This document shows, in pieces, positions 53,901-62,407 of a DNA stretch of 64,000 bases; position 1 is the first letter of the stretch, and each line of letters opens with the position of its first letter. This DNA is from an uncultured bacterium (GTDB lineage: Bacteria; Chlamydiota; Chlamydiia; Chlamydiales; FEN-1388): the NCBI GenBank assembly GCA_964514655.1, contig CAZEQY010000014.1, positions 10,378 to 74,377 on the forward strand, written 5' to 3'. The notes under the pieces were generated by a model. It was not told the DNA's origin, did no database searches, and saw only the letters and a program-made list of their open reading frames with translations. The position numbers and the translations under genes were made by a program.

Positions 53901-54117
53901 TTGGGTTGTTGGAAAAATGCAGAAAACACCAATTGATGCTGAACTTGACTGTCTTGCCGATTTTTCTGGTTTAGAGTACTTTACATTTCATTCAGATGAT
54001 TATGCGATCGAGCAGCACGTCAGGGATCATATCTTTAGAGGCTGCCCAAATCTGAAAAAATGCGTGCGGGTGATGTCTGATGGCAGCACGACTGACATAC
54101 CGATTAAACGAAATTAG
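50956..54117 (+). CDS. Large hypothetical protein (1053 aa) with a C-terminal LRR region
   Basis: Long ORF with AAGGGGA upstream. LRR-like segments lie around LKSLRLDWG...CTNLLHLEM...LASLTLRNG...LGCLSLVNIHEVLDLSGCNRL...LRELYLHD...LSSLQLSHN. Confidence 0.75.
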   Translation: MDPIDALTEKLFNLEFLPKGSSMTLQGHELTSTEHYHEELEALKVKSASIQAKFTGDKDLVGLSRRVQSIKIRFLTSFGEEVSATGNCRTLRVIREGGYAYADYAAIMGFFVKAVTQQEVEARKAFQAANYDLAHKHFSAIAEALSCDKASPRYFHVHLALLATLLKQSKVREAIDILLRLEREIPNDDKLLRAECAQQRKAITDVVVDLFNRNEGALKGLEARIRDAGGTVRKLLSGERLQQVTDLRTYLSDLRPVQVTLDRIEHDGRACLDALKDLVTFYQALGLEPKSRNEFVGKLLTYWRNLNGSAIQLFEQLVAARTREMQCRGLVDWISHRLGEYRAPSPEPIADDVQPEQQNIELSAVYKWALTYLGALYASNEVSQNSLTRVVCLMRENSDVFFRYGSNLRSDVKFCFGQENKGVSLLFLAVLSEMIQNEYCTVVKIRMRTDWTWSWLYQYARSVITRETLESVPQIVVTQEMMARAMPHAKNPVQVLHRILTTFQECNEKGFDQLSAEQKVTLFESAYDFLLVAKNIAEHWIEPQYTKKFEDELDALEFLRVCQARRSGLPYERFKTKLKELQSSQFLQWIGLYNPERNGVTVENAEKYAQLFFVVADTAELHFADEKKFTDEEVYLIATFLINRYRELKKFNLLPKTAEDLDSRLTQFMARCVKRTSQELRQRYFDAPVLHEIESLHSEAINAIAGLLLDKGVRDFLEQAVYPHLKSLRLDWGISEHNDRTDFRRCTNLLHLEMPLTSHESAQELQWIATHLQALASLTLRNGPVYVQALNDMKSLGCLSLVNIHEVLDLSGCNRLQWQLRELYLHDVTVRENSLSWVGASRQLSSLQLSHNCIQGAARIGSLMPPAGRQINGNPCITQLLVGAKYRTQDRGPILMDLDQDPGFKASLLALLDAHSAVKPVKDLTLFATSQGSLLEWLRTMNERASLTHLTISLGRKAFSEQAVQEYAQQHGLRLDSQEDINWVVGKMQKTPIDAELDCLADFSGLEYFTFHSDDYAIEQHVRDHIFRGCPNLKKCVRVMSDGSTTDIPIKRN

Positions 54118-54650
54118 TGGCTCTTATAGAGCCATTTTTTAAAAAGCTTTGCCATAAAGGGCATCCAGAAGTAGGTCATGGTAAGGACGATCCATGGCGT
54201 TGAGACGGCGATGCGAAGGACGAGCGGCAGCTTTGCAAGATGCTCGCCAAAGAGGTAGTTAAAAGCGATAAGCAGTGGCGTAATGGCAATCCATGTTACT
54301 ACAGCCATTTTGTGGCGGGCAGGTGGCGTCATGGTGGTTTGTCCAGGCAGGGTAAACCAGGTTTCAAGCCCCGTGATTACCTGCAAGGTGGTTGGGCGGT
54401 CGATGAGTTTGTCTATTTCTTGGACCAGGGTTTTACGCTCGTGGGATTCTAGCCATGAATGGAGGTTTTGTTCTGTGTCAAAGCGAAAGAGAACTCTATA
54501 AAGGTTTTCTTCCTTCAGCACGCGAGTGTCAAGGTAGCCTGCAAAGGCTCTAGAGGCTTCTATTATGGCATCAAGTAGCTTTTCAAAAGCTTCTTTATTG
54601 CCGGGGCACACTCTTCGATCAACAATTACGGATACTGGATGTTCTTTCAT
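54114..54650 (-). CDS. ABM (antibiotic-biosynthesis-monooxygenase-like) domain fused to a C-terminal membrane domain
   Basis: ATG 54650 was chosen (MKEHPVSVIVDRRVCPGNKEAFEKL...). A ferredoxin-like ABM segment is followed by 2-3 TM helices. The track start at 54818 would overlap ogt. Confidence 0.55.
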   Translation of the reverse strand: MKEHPVSVIVDRRVCPGNKEAFEKLLDAIIEASRAFAGYLDTRVLKEENLYRVLFRFDTEQNLHSWLESHERKTLVQEIDKLIDRPTTLQVITGLETWFTLPGQTTMTPPARHKMAVVTWIAITPLLIAFNYLFGEHLAKLPLVLRIAVSTPWIVLTMTYFWMPFMAKLFKKWLYKSH

Positions 54651-54696
54651 AATCCTTACTTGCAAAATAAATAGATTTTTATTATAAATTGTTGCC

Positions 54697-55152
54697 ATGT
54701 TGATGTCAATAAAAGTAATTGAAACACCTTTAGGGCAAATGACGGCTGTGGCAAGCGATAGGGCTCTACATCGCCTAGAGTTTACTTCTTGTCTAGATGT
54801 AACAGCCAAGCCGAGCAAAATTATCGATCAGCTCGAAGAGGAGCTCGCTCTTTATTTTGAAAAGAAGCTACAGGTGTTTACAGTGCCATTAGAGCCTCAA
54901 GGCACGTCCTTTCAAAAGGCGGTGTGGGAAGAGCTTACCAAAGTGCCTTACGGTAAAACAGCGTCCTATCGCGACATTGCCGAGGCGCTAAATAAGCCTA
55001 CAGCCTATCGAGCAGCTGCCCAAGCAAATGGCCGCAATCCCATTGTCATCATTATTCCCTGCCATAGGATTATCAATTCAAACGGAGCCCTCGGCGGCTA
55101 TAGCTCAGGCCTTGAGCGAAAAAAATGGCTTTTGGCTCATGAAAATTGCTAG
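54697..55152 (+). CDS. ogt: Methylated-DNA--protein-cysteine methyltransferase
   Basis: Active site IIIPCHRIINSNGALGGY, with YGKTASYRDIA upstream. Confidence 0.85.
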   Translation: MLMSIKVIETPLGQMTAVASDRALHRLEFTSCLDVTAKPSKIIDQLEEELALYFEKKLQVFTVPLEPQGTSFQKAVWEELTKVPYGKTASYRDIAEALNKPTAYRAAAQANGRNPIVIIIPCHRIINSNGALGGYSSGLERKKWLLAHENC

Positions 55153-56501
55153 TCTACCTCTTGCATTGAGGATGGTGGCAATGGCATTGAGGATGTCGGC
55201 ATTATATGAACAATACCTTTTCCTTCCTTATCGATAATACCTATTCCAAGTTTGTCAACTTCCCAAACATCCATTTGTTCTTCTGAAAGATCAATTGGCA
55301 ACCATACGTCGCTGTAGATATCTTTGCGGAGAAGGACTACAGTTTTATCAGGATGTAGCTTTTCTACCAGTTGTTTAACTTCTTGTAGGGGAGTGTCATC
55401 GTTGTAGGTTATGTCTAAAGAACTCGGTTCTTGAGGGACCATAGTATTGTAGAATATAAGTGCGCCAAGGCTTTTTGGTTGCACAACTTCTAAAAGTAGC
55501 TTCATGGCGTCTTTTGGGTGAAGCTCGCGAAAATGTTCGAGCAAAGCATCTTGAACATTTGCAAGCACATTACCAAGTAAATCTGGGTTTTTTGATGTCG
55601 TTTCTTTTATAGCGGATATTAGTGACTCTTTTATTCTATCCCAGCTGTTCAGGGCATCACCCGTTGTATAGTGTATGAACTCAAGCTGGGGGCCAAGCAT
55701 TTGCATGACTTTTGTGTTATCGGTTTCAAAGGCCTTCATATAGGCATTTATCGCTTCTCGCTGTGGCGGAACGCCTGCATTAATCCACTCCTGTACTTCT
55801 TTAAGCTGTTTGTCCTCCGGAGAATTTGCTTCTGCACGATGCATATCAAATAGCAAGATGTACTCTAAGGCGTCAAGATCTGTAGGGTCTTCTTCTAATC
55901 TTCTTTGCATAACCTGGTATTTTTTCAGGGGCACGAGGAGATTCCAAATTTCTTCGTGACCTGCTCGCTTTGCAAACTTTGCAGCATCCCTTACAATTGT
56001 ATCTGGATGTTTTTTTATTATATATTCGACAAGTTCGAGCTTGCCATTTTTTGCTGCTTTTTCAAGGGCTTGGGTTAGCACTTCTGGATCAGTGATACGT
56101 TTAATTGCAGTTTTTAGCTTTAGCTCTTCTTCAAGAGTCGTAAGTCTAAAATTTAGCCCTGCATTAAGAATTTTTAGTTTATTTAGCTCAGTTTTTGGCG
56201 CAATCTTTTGCCGTACAAGAGTATTTATATGCATCCACGTCTCGTGAATGCTAGAGTGCTCTTTTGCCGTGCTTAGGCGCGGCTGAGATGATGATGACTT
56301 ATACCGTCCGAGCACCTGTTTTGCTTGCGTTGTTTTTTGAAGTTCATCAATAACCTTTGCTCGCTCATCACTACCTTCAGCAAGGCCTTGTAATTTTTTA
56401 CTAAGGATTTGTATTTTATGATCATAGCCTTTTACAGCTTGATTGACGGTGTTAGGATTATTTAGAGGGGATTCATAGACGCTATCTGGGCTAATAGCCA
56501 T
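55149..56501 (-). CDS. Hypothetical protein (450 aa), possibly one ankyrin-like repeat
   Basis: Long ORF. ALEKAAKNGKLELVEYIIKKHPD resembles a single ANK repeat. Nothing else recognised. Confidence 0.65.
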   Translation of the reverse strand: MAISPDSVYESPLNNPNTVNQAVKGYDHKIQILSKKLQGLAEGSDERAKVIDELQKTTQAKQVLGRYKSSSSQPRLSTAKEHSSIHETWMHINTLVRQKIAPKTELNKLKILNAGLNFRLTTLEEELKLKTAIKRITDPEVLTQALEKAAKNGKLELVEYIIKKHPDTIVRDAAKFAKRAGHEEIWNLLVPLKKYQVMQRRLEEDPTDLDALEYILLFDMHRAEANSPEDKQLKEVQEWINAGVPPQREAINAYMKAFETDNTKVMQMLGPQLEFIHYTTGDALNSWDRIKESLISAIKETTSKNPDLLGNVLANVQDALLEHFRELHPKDAMKLLLEVVQPKSLGALIFYNTMVPQEPSSLDITYNDDTPLQEVKQLVEKLHPDKTVVLLRKDIYSDVWLPIDLSEEQMDVWEVDKLGIGIIDKEGKGIVHIMPTSSMPLPPSSMQEVD

Positions 56502-56622
56502 AAGGCACCTCCTTAGTCTACCTAGCCCTAATTATAGCTTAAAATTATTAATATATAAATATTTTCCTAGATCTTTGATATTAAGTGTGTTGTATATAAA
56601 GAGATCAAGATTAAGAGAGAAT

Positions 56623-57309
56623 TTAGTAGGAGTCGGTGACGAAGTAGCCGGAAACTTTTTGGGCGGGATAGAGTGATTGGTCTTTGCTATCCAATATTTC
56701 GTGGAGGATTTTGGTTTTTTTGCTGCCAGTTGCTAAGACGATGATGCTGCGGGCATCATTGATGCACTTGAAGGTGAGCGTCATGCGCCAGGTATTTAGG
56801 GAGGGGACAAAATTGGGCACTACAAGCTTGTTTGTGACTGTAAGAGCATCAGTGCCCGGAAAGAGAGACGCTGTGTGACCATCCTCACCAATGCCAAGGT
56901 ATACAAGGTCAAAGCGGCCATCCTTACAATGTTCCTTTATAAGATCACTATATTCTTGAGCAGCTTTATCGCGATCGGGTCTTTCTGCTTGCATGCGAAA
57001 TACTTTGGCCTTTGAAAATGGGGCTTTAGAAAAGTACTGCATGGCCATATGGTAGTTGGAATTTGGGTCTGTTGGCGGGCACGACCTTTCGTCGCTCCAA
57101 AAGAGGCAGATTTTTGACCAGTCTAGTGCTTTTGCTTCTGGTGACTCTGTAAGGCACTCGTAAAATTTTTTGGGCGTAGAGCCTCCCGAGAGCGCTACAG
57201 TGAAGTTTTGGTGAGAGTCTATTGCAAAATTTGCCTCGTCAACAAAGTGTATGAGGCAAAAGTCAATTACCTTATCTTCACTATCAAGCGCAATGAGAGA
57301 GCGTTTCAT
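56623..57309 (-). CDS. pgl: 6-phosphogluconolactonase
   Basis: Motifs VALSGGSTPKKFY and LGIGEDGHTASLFPG. The start overlaps the opcA stop (TGATG). Confidence 0.85.
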   Translation of the reverse strand: MKRSLIALDSEDKVIDFCLIHFVDEANFAIDSHQNFTVALSGGSTPKKFYECLTESPEAKALDWSKICLFWSDERSCPPTDPNSNYHMAMQYFSKAPFSKAKVFRMQAERPDRDKAAQEYSDLIKEHCKDGRFDLVYLGIGEDGHTASLFPGTDALTVTNKLVVPNFVPSLNTWRMTLTFKCINDARSIIVLATGSKKTKILHEILDSKDQSLYPAQKVSGYFVTDSY

Positions 57310-58376
57310 CAGATGCTTTGTCCCCAGTGCGGGTTGTTAAGTGCGTTAAGCATAGCTTCATAATGTTCACTAACCGGCTGATAAAAAATCTCGTTAACTA
57401 AAGCTGTACCCTTTTGGTAGTTGTGTAAAAAGAGGGTGTAGGGCATCTCGCAGCGCTCTAGAGTCGATGCGTGAACTGTCACAAGCTGACGGTCTCGCTC
57501 GTGTGAAAGGAGGTAATGCGCTTCGTTGTGGGTAAGTAGTTCTAAAGAGTAGATAGCTCCGGTTTCTACAGACTCTGTATCCTTTGGCAAGATAGTGATG
57601 CTGATAGGGTTTTGATGAGAGCGATAGGTAATCTTAAGTGTGCCATCTTGCTTTTCAACACCTTCTAGCGTCCAGCCAAGCTGCGCTGCAAGCCATGCTT
57701 GAAAGTAGATAGCCTGTATCTCGTTTTTAGGTTGTGGATGAAGTGCGCGGCCTACAAACGATATCTGGATGTTCTTTGCTTGGTTTAGCGCTTCTAGTTT
57801 TTCTTGGTCGTTAAAGACTCGCGCCATAACTTCGCGCCAGGCTTTAGTGCGGGCCCAGTTTACGTCAAAGAATACGCCATGACCTTCGTGCATAAGGCCG
57901 TGCATGCGTTCGCTAAAGCGTTGGAGGTTGTCGATTACTTCACAGTCAAAGACTACGCGGTTTGCATACTTATGTAGCTGCGGCAGTATCACATGATCTT
58001 GGGTAGGATCGTGCCCGAGCAAAAGATAGACAGGAAGGTCCGGCATGATGTTAGGCAAGATGATAAAAGGCACCTTGTGCAGCTGGTTTGTTGAAGAGTT
58101 TATGGTAAACTGGTCAAAGCATACCCTATTTGATCCTGAACCTATTGACTGAATAGTATGAGAGGTCTGAAAAAAGTCAGCTTGCGTAGATTCATCAGAC
58201 TGCACAAAGATGACTCGGCAGGGAAATTTTTCTGTCACAAGACGCACAAACTCCTGGCATTCTAACCCCCTTTGAAGGGTGTTTGCAACGACAATGAGGT
58301 TGAAGAGCGATGCCTTGATAAGGTTTTGGCCTTCTATTGCTACGGGGATGTTTTCTTGAATGTTCTCTATTACCAT
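57309..58376 (-). CDS. opcA: OpcA-like glucose-6-phosphate dehydrogenase assembly protein
   Basis: Sits between zwf and pgl. KASLFNLIVVANT is similar to the OpcA N-terminal signature. ATG 58376 lies 8 nt after the zwf stop. Confidence 0.6.
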   Translation of the reverse strand: MVIENIQENIPVAIEGQNLIKASLFNLIVVANTLQRGLECQEFVRLVTEKFPCRVIFVQSDESTQADFFQTSHTIQSIGSGSNRVCFDQFTINSSTNQLHKVPFIILPNIMPDLPVYLLLGHDPTQDHVILPQLHKYANRVVFDCEVIDNLQRFSERMHGLMHEGHGVFFDVNWARTKAWREVMARVFNDQEKLEALNQAKNIQISFVGRALHPQPKNEIQAIYFQAWLAAQLGWTLEGVEKQDGTLKITYRSHQNPISITILPKDTESVETGAIYSLELLTHNEAHYLLSHERDRQLVTVHASTLERCEMPYTLFLHNYQKGTALVNEIFYQPVSEHYEAMLNALNNPHWGQSI

Positions 58377-58384
58377 ACAGTATC

Positions 58385-59932
58385 CTATAAAAATCGCCAG
58401 TGTCTTGCACTTTTTTGCATAAGCTGTTCTGCTGCCTGTGGTCCCCATGTGCCCGCGGGGTAGTTTGGAAAGTCATGTGGTCTAACTTCTTGCCAGCGCT
58501 GAAGTACCGGTGTAAGTAGCTTCCAAGAAGCTAGCACCTCGTCAATGCGTGCAAAGAGGGTTGAGTCGCCAAGTATGCAGTCTATTATCAAGCGCTCATA
58601 TGCCTCTGGAGGCTCTACGCCAAAGTAGGAGCCATAGCGAAAGTCCATGCGTACCGGCTGTATGGGGTTGTTGATGCCGGGGACTTTAGAGTTTATACGT
58701 AGGGCTATTCCTTCATCAGGCTGTATGCGTATAACGAGTACGTTAGAGTCATCCCTTTGGCATGAGCGGTTAAAGAGGACGCCCGGAGCCTGTTTATAGA
58801 TAACGGCAATCTCTGTAGCCTTTTTTGGAAGGCGCTTTCCTGCTCGTAGATAAAAGGGCACTCCTGCCCAGCGCCAGTTGTCGATAAAAAGCTGCATGGC
58901 AACGTATGTTTCGACTGATGAATTTTCAGCCACATTTGCCTCTTGGCGATAGCCTTTAGCAGGCTCGCCATTGACAAAGCCGGGGCCATACTGGCCGCGT
59001 ATGACATGGTGATCTAGATCGTGCATAGGGAAGGGGCGTATTGATTTTAGCACCTTTACCTTTTCGTCGCGTATAGAGTCTGCCTTGATGTCTACAGGAG
59101 GCTCCATGCAGACAAGCGATAGAAGCTGCATCATGTGGTTTTGTACGATGTCTCGCAGCATGCCCGCTTCTTCCCAAAACTTGCCCCTTGTGCCTACGCC
59201 AAGGTCTTCAGCCACTGTTATCTGCACAGAGTCTATATAGCGGTTATTCCATGTAGACTCAAATATCGCATTGCCAAAACGCATCACAAGAAGGTTTTGC
59301 ACGGTTTCTTTGCCGAGCCAGTGGTCGATACGGAAAATCTGGTCTTCTTTCAGGTAGTGGCCAATGTCTTGCTGCAGCTCATAGGCTGAATTGAGGTCAG
59401 TACCAAAAGGTTTTTCGATGATGACCTTGGACCATCTATCTTGTGTGACGTCAGAGTCGTAGATAAGGCCGTGTTTTCCAAGCTTTTCGATGATCAAGCT
59501 AAAGTGGCTTGGGGGTGTTGAGAGATAAAAGACGCGGTTGCCCTTGGTGCCAAAGCGTATGTCAATATCCTGAAGAAAGGCTTTTAGTGCTTCGTAGCCG
59601 GAGTCGTTGTCAAATTCAGAGATGTGGTAAAAAATCTGCTCTGAGAAGTTGTTCCAAAGTGTTTGGTCTATTGGCTTTACTCGAGAAAACTTGTTAATAG
59701 CATCAAACATCTCGCCGCGAAATTGTTCATGCGACTTTTCACGCCTTGCAAAGCCTACACAGGCAAAGTGAGAGGGCAATTGTCCCTCGCGCTTGAGATT
59801 ATAAATAGCGGGAAAGAGCTTTCTTGCGGTAAGGTCGCCAGTTGCTCCAAAGATCACTAAGACGCAAGGTTCTGCAATTTTACTTGCTGTAGTCTCTTCG
59901 AGAGGATTTGAGATAAGTGTCTTCATCAACAT
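58385..59932 (-). CDS. zwf: Glucose-6-phosphate 1-dehydrogenase
   Basis: Motifs VIFGATGDLTARKL, RIDHWLGKE, and the C-terminal dimerisation region. Confidence 0.9.
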   Translation of the reverse strand: MLMKTLISNPLEETTASKIAEPCVLVIFGATGDLTARKLFPAIYNLKREGQLPSHFACVGFARREKSHEQFRGEMFDAINKFSRVKPIDQTLWNNFSEQIFYHISEFDNDSGYEALKAFLQDIDIRFGTKGNRVFYLSTPPSHFSLIIEKLGKHGLIYDSDVTQDRWSKVIIEKPFGTDLNSAYELQQDIGHYLKEDQIFRIDHWLGKETVQNLLVMRFGNAIFESTWNNRYIDSVQITVAEDLGVGTRGKFWEEAGMLRDIVQNHMMQLLSLVCMEPPVDIKADSIRDEKVKVLKSIRPFPMHDLDHHVIRGQYGPGFVNGEPAKGYRQEANVAENSSVETYVAMQLFIDNWRWAGVPFYLRAGKRLPKKATEIAVIYKQAPGVLFNRSCQRDDSNVLVIRIQPDEGIALRINSKVPGINNPIQPVRMDFRYGSYFGVEPPEAYERLIIDCILGDSTLFARIDEVLASWKLLTPVLQRWQEVRPHDFPNYPAGTWGPQAAEQLMQKSARHWRFL

Positions 59933-60006
59933 AGGGTATTACTCAGGTAGTTGTACTCTCTTAACCATAGCTTACTTCCTAGTATAGAACAAGGACAATC
60001 CTTGTG

Positions 60007-60035
60007 TTGCAAATAAAGTATTTATTTGATATTTA
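60007..60035 (+). promoter_or_regulatory. Sigma70-like promoter candidate TTGCAA-N17-TATTTA
   Basis: TTGCAA at 60007-60012 and TATTTA at 60030-60035, 20 nt before ATG 60056. The track TTG start at 60026 falls inside it. Confidence 0.35.
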
Positions 60036-60055
60036 TTGAGAGAGGAGAGCGCGTT

Positions 60056-62350
60056 ATGGATATTGGCAAATATAGCTCATTTTCACCTCAAGCAAATCTA
60101 GAAGCGACTTCTGTTCAAGAACAAGATCGTGCGCCCAGTAGCGACGCCAAAACAAGTTCAGTCTTTTTGGCGAGCAAAAAGGCTGAGGCGACCTTTGTTA
60201 ATGGCAAAAGCCGTACACATTCGCTCGCTCCCAAAAATCAGGTGGTCCAACAGGTTATCACGTCTATTAAAAATGTCTTTTCGACGAAGGTTAGTCTAAA
60301 GGATGTGCCGCCTAAGCTTAGATCCTTTTTTTCGGGAGAAACCATCCAGAGGCATCTATTTTTAAAAGCCTTTAAGCAGGAATTGGAAAAGAAAAAAGAC
60401 AAGCAATCAGCTTTTCAAGCTACGCTTAACGCTTGTGAAAAGGCAGATAGAGCCGGGCTTTTAGATAGAGGGCTCCTTAAGCGTATGACAGGCGAGCTTG
60501 AAAAGGCCCTTAGCAAAAAAGCGCCCATAGAGCTTGAAGAGGCAAAAAGCGTTCATGAAGAGCTTTTGGCCTTAAAGAAGGCTCCTAGCCTTTCACGGCT
60601 TGATAGCTATGTGCGACTTAATGAGCTTGCGACAAATGCAAAGACCAATCCAAAGGCCTTTAAAGAGGCTCTTGTAGCCTCTTTTAGCGAAGACAGCCAA
60701 AGCTTGCAAGATATACCAAAACGAGCAGCTGATGACCTTTTAGAAGCAAAGCGCCTTGGCGTGCTTGATATTGCCCTCTATAAGGCTATCGTCACAACCG
60801 GTGCCCAAGCGGCAAACTCTCCAAACTTTCATAATGATGTCATCGTCTGCTTGCAACAAAGGGGTGAAACAAGGCTTGCAAAAGATCTAGAGCGCTATCA
60901 CTTTCATGAGTCACTTATATGCTCGCTTGATCAGATGGATATTTATGCTAAGGAATTTGCTGAAAACCCAAAAAATATGTCTCTACAGCATGCGTGGGTA
61001 CAGGAAAACTGCCCAAGAGAGTGCCTGGTGAACTTTCCGGAAGTGCCCACGCAAGAAACTTGGGCTGAATGTTTATCAGCACTTAGAGGTGCACTCCAAG
61101 AAGCATTAGTAAAAGCTGCAAAAAGTAACGATCCTGATTTAGCAAAGATGCTTGCCTTTGGGGGGCGTGCTGTAGGAGATTTAGGAGAGAGCTTGCGATC
61201 TGCCACAAAGGCTCGAGAAGCTGCTTTTAGCCGCTTGGCATTTGCTCCTGGGCTGCAAAATGAGGTTTTACATCACTTGCTATCCGATGTCTCAAACATC
61301 ACAAGCAATGAGATTATAAATGCACGCATGGGAGTAAGTGCCGGTGCATGCAAGGTATCAGATGTAGTACTCATCAATGAGATCCCGCATAAGGTGCTAG
61401 ATGTTCAGGCCGTTGGCAATAATCAAACTCTTATAAGGCTTGAGGGTCCGGATGGAAGAGAGCACTACGTAACTAAAAATAGCGCCGATATGCTTGTTAA
61501 GGTGCGCATCAACCCATACAATAGGCAGGGCGGCATTATGGCCTTGCAGGCGGCAAAAGAGCAGATAGGCAGAATCACTGAGCTTGCAACTGGGGAAGTA
61601 AAAAAAGAGGCTGAGCAGGCGCTAGAACAGGTAAATGGCAAAATAGAGGCGATGAAACAGGCTGAGATCCAAAAGTTTTCAGCTGTAGATCGCGAGCTTG
61701 TTCAAAAAGCGATGAGCCAATTTCCTGCTCTTAATGAACATACCTTTGAGCATGATGGAAAAATGGTTACTGCTATACTTGTGCCAACTGATAAAAACGG
61801 GGTGGATGTTCTTATCAAAAAAGAAGAAATTGGCCGAGGAGCTGCTTCCGTTGTTTATTTAGCCCATTCTCTTAGCTCTAAAGCTGATGTTGCCGTAAAG
61901 TATGCAACAGAGCTTTCCGGTGAATCTAACGAAGAAGCAAATGCTCGAGCAAATCTTGAATATTTAGGAGCTGCTACCGGCATACAAAAGCCTATGCAGC
62001 ATGCGACAATACGTACGCAAGATGGCAAGAAGTCTATTACCATTGACTCTTACTATGAATATAAAGACTTTGGCCGCAACGTTACCTGGCGTCAGTTTTT
62101 TATACATGTGCTGCATCTTGAGGAGCAAGATTTTGATAATGAAGCCGTAAAAAAACAGGCCATCAACGACTACAACAAGGGCCTGCAGGCATTGTTTACA
62201 GGTGAGGCAACGCGAGAACAAAAACTTGCTCGCCTCAAAGAGTTTTCAACAAAAGAAGGCCCCATCCTTACTAAACTCATGGGCCAAGCCCCAGTCCAAA
62301 GGCTTGAAGCCCTCTATCAAAAGCTCATCGACGAAACATCCCCAGCCTAA
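60056..62350 (+). CDS. Large protein ending in a protein-kinase N-lobe (764 aa)
   Basis: GGAGAG SD before ATG 60056. Near the C-terminus are the glycine-rich loop IGRGAASVVYLA, the catalytic-lysine strand VAVKYA, and an alphaC Glu candidate in NEEANARANLEYL. No catalytic loop lies in this ORF. Confidence 0.75.
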   Translation: MDIGKYSSFSPQANLEATSVQEQDRAPSSDAKTSSVFLASKKAEATFVNGKSRTHSLAPKNQVVQQVITSIKNVFSTKVSLKDVPPKLRSFFSGETIQRHLFLKAFKQELEKKKDKQSAFQATLNACEKADRAGLLDRGLLKRMTGELEKALSKKAPIELEEAKSVHEELLALKKAPSLSRLDSYVRLNELATNAKTNPKAFKEALVASFSEDSQSLQDIPKRAADDLLEAKRLGVLDIALYKAIVTTGAQAANSPNFHNDVIVCLQQRGETRLAKDLERYHFHESLICSLDQMDIYAKEFAENPKNMSLQHAWVQENCPRECLVNFPEVPTQETWAECLSALRGALQEALVKAAKSNDPDLAKMLAFGGRAVGDLGESLRSATKAREAAFSRLAFAPGLQNEVLHHLLSDVSNITSNEIINARMGVSAGACKVSDVVLINEIPHKVLDVQAVGNNQTLIRLEGPDGREHYVTKNSADMLVKVRINPYNRQGGIMALQAAKEQIGRITELATGEVKKEAEQALEQVNGKIEAMKQAEIQKFSAVDRELVQKAMSQFPALNEHTFEHDGKMVTAILVPTDKNGVDVLIKKEEIGRGAASVVYLAHSLSSKADVAVKYATELSGESNEEANARANLEYLGAATGIQKPMQHATIRTQDGKKSITIDSYYEYKDFGRNVTWRQFFIHVLHLEEQDFDNEAVKKQAINDYNKGLQALFTGEATREQKLARLKEFSTKEGPILTKLMGQAPVQRLEALYQKLIDETSPA

Positions 62351-62407
62351 ATGAAGGCTTGCTAAATATACCCTCATTTATATAGAATATTTTATTTTGA
62401 GGTGTGT

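Noticed and set aside
54651-54818. Longer start (54818) for the ABM-domain ORF
   Set aside because: It would overlap the first 40 codons of ogt on the other strand. The ABM domain begins right at MKEHPVSV (ATG 54650).
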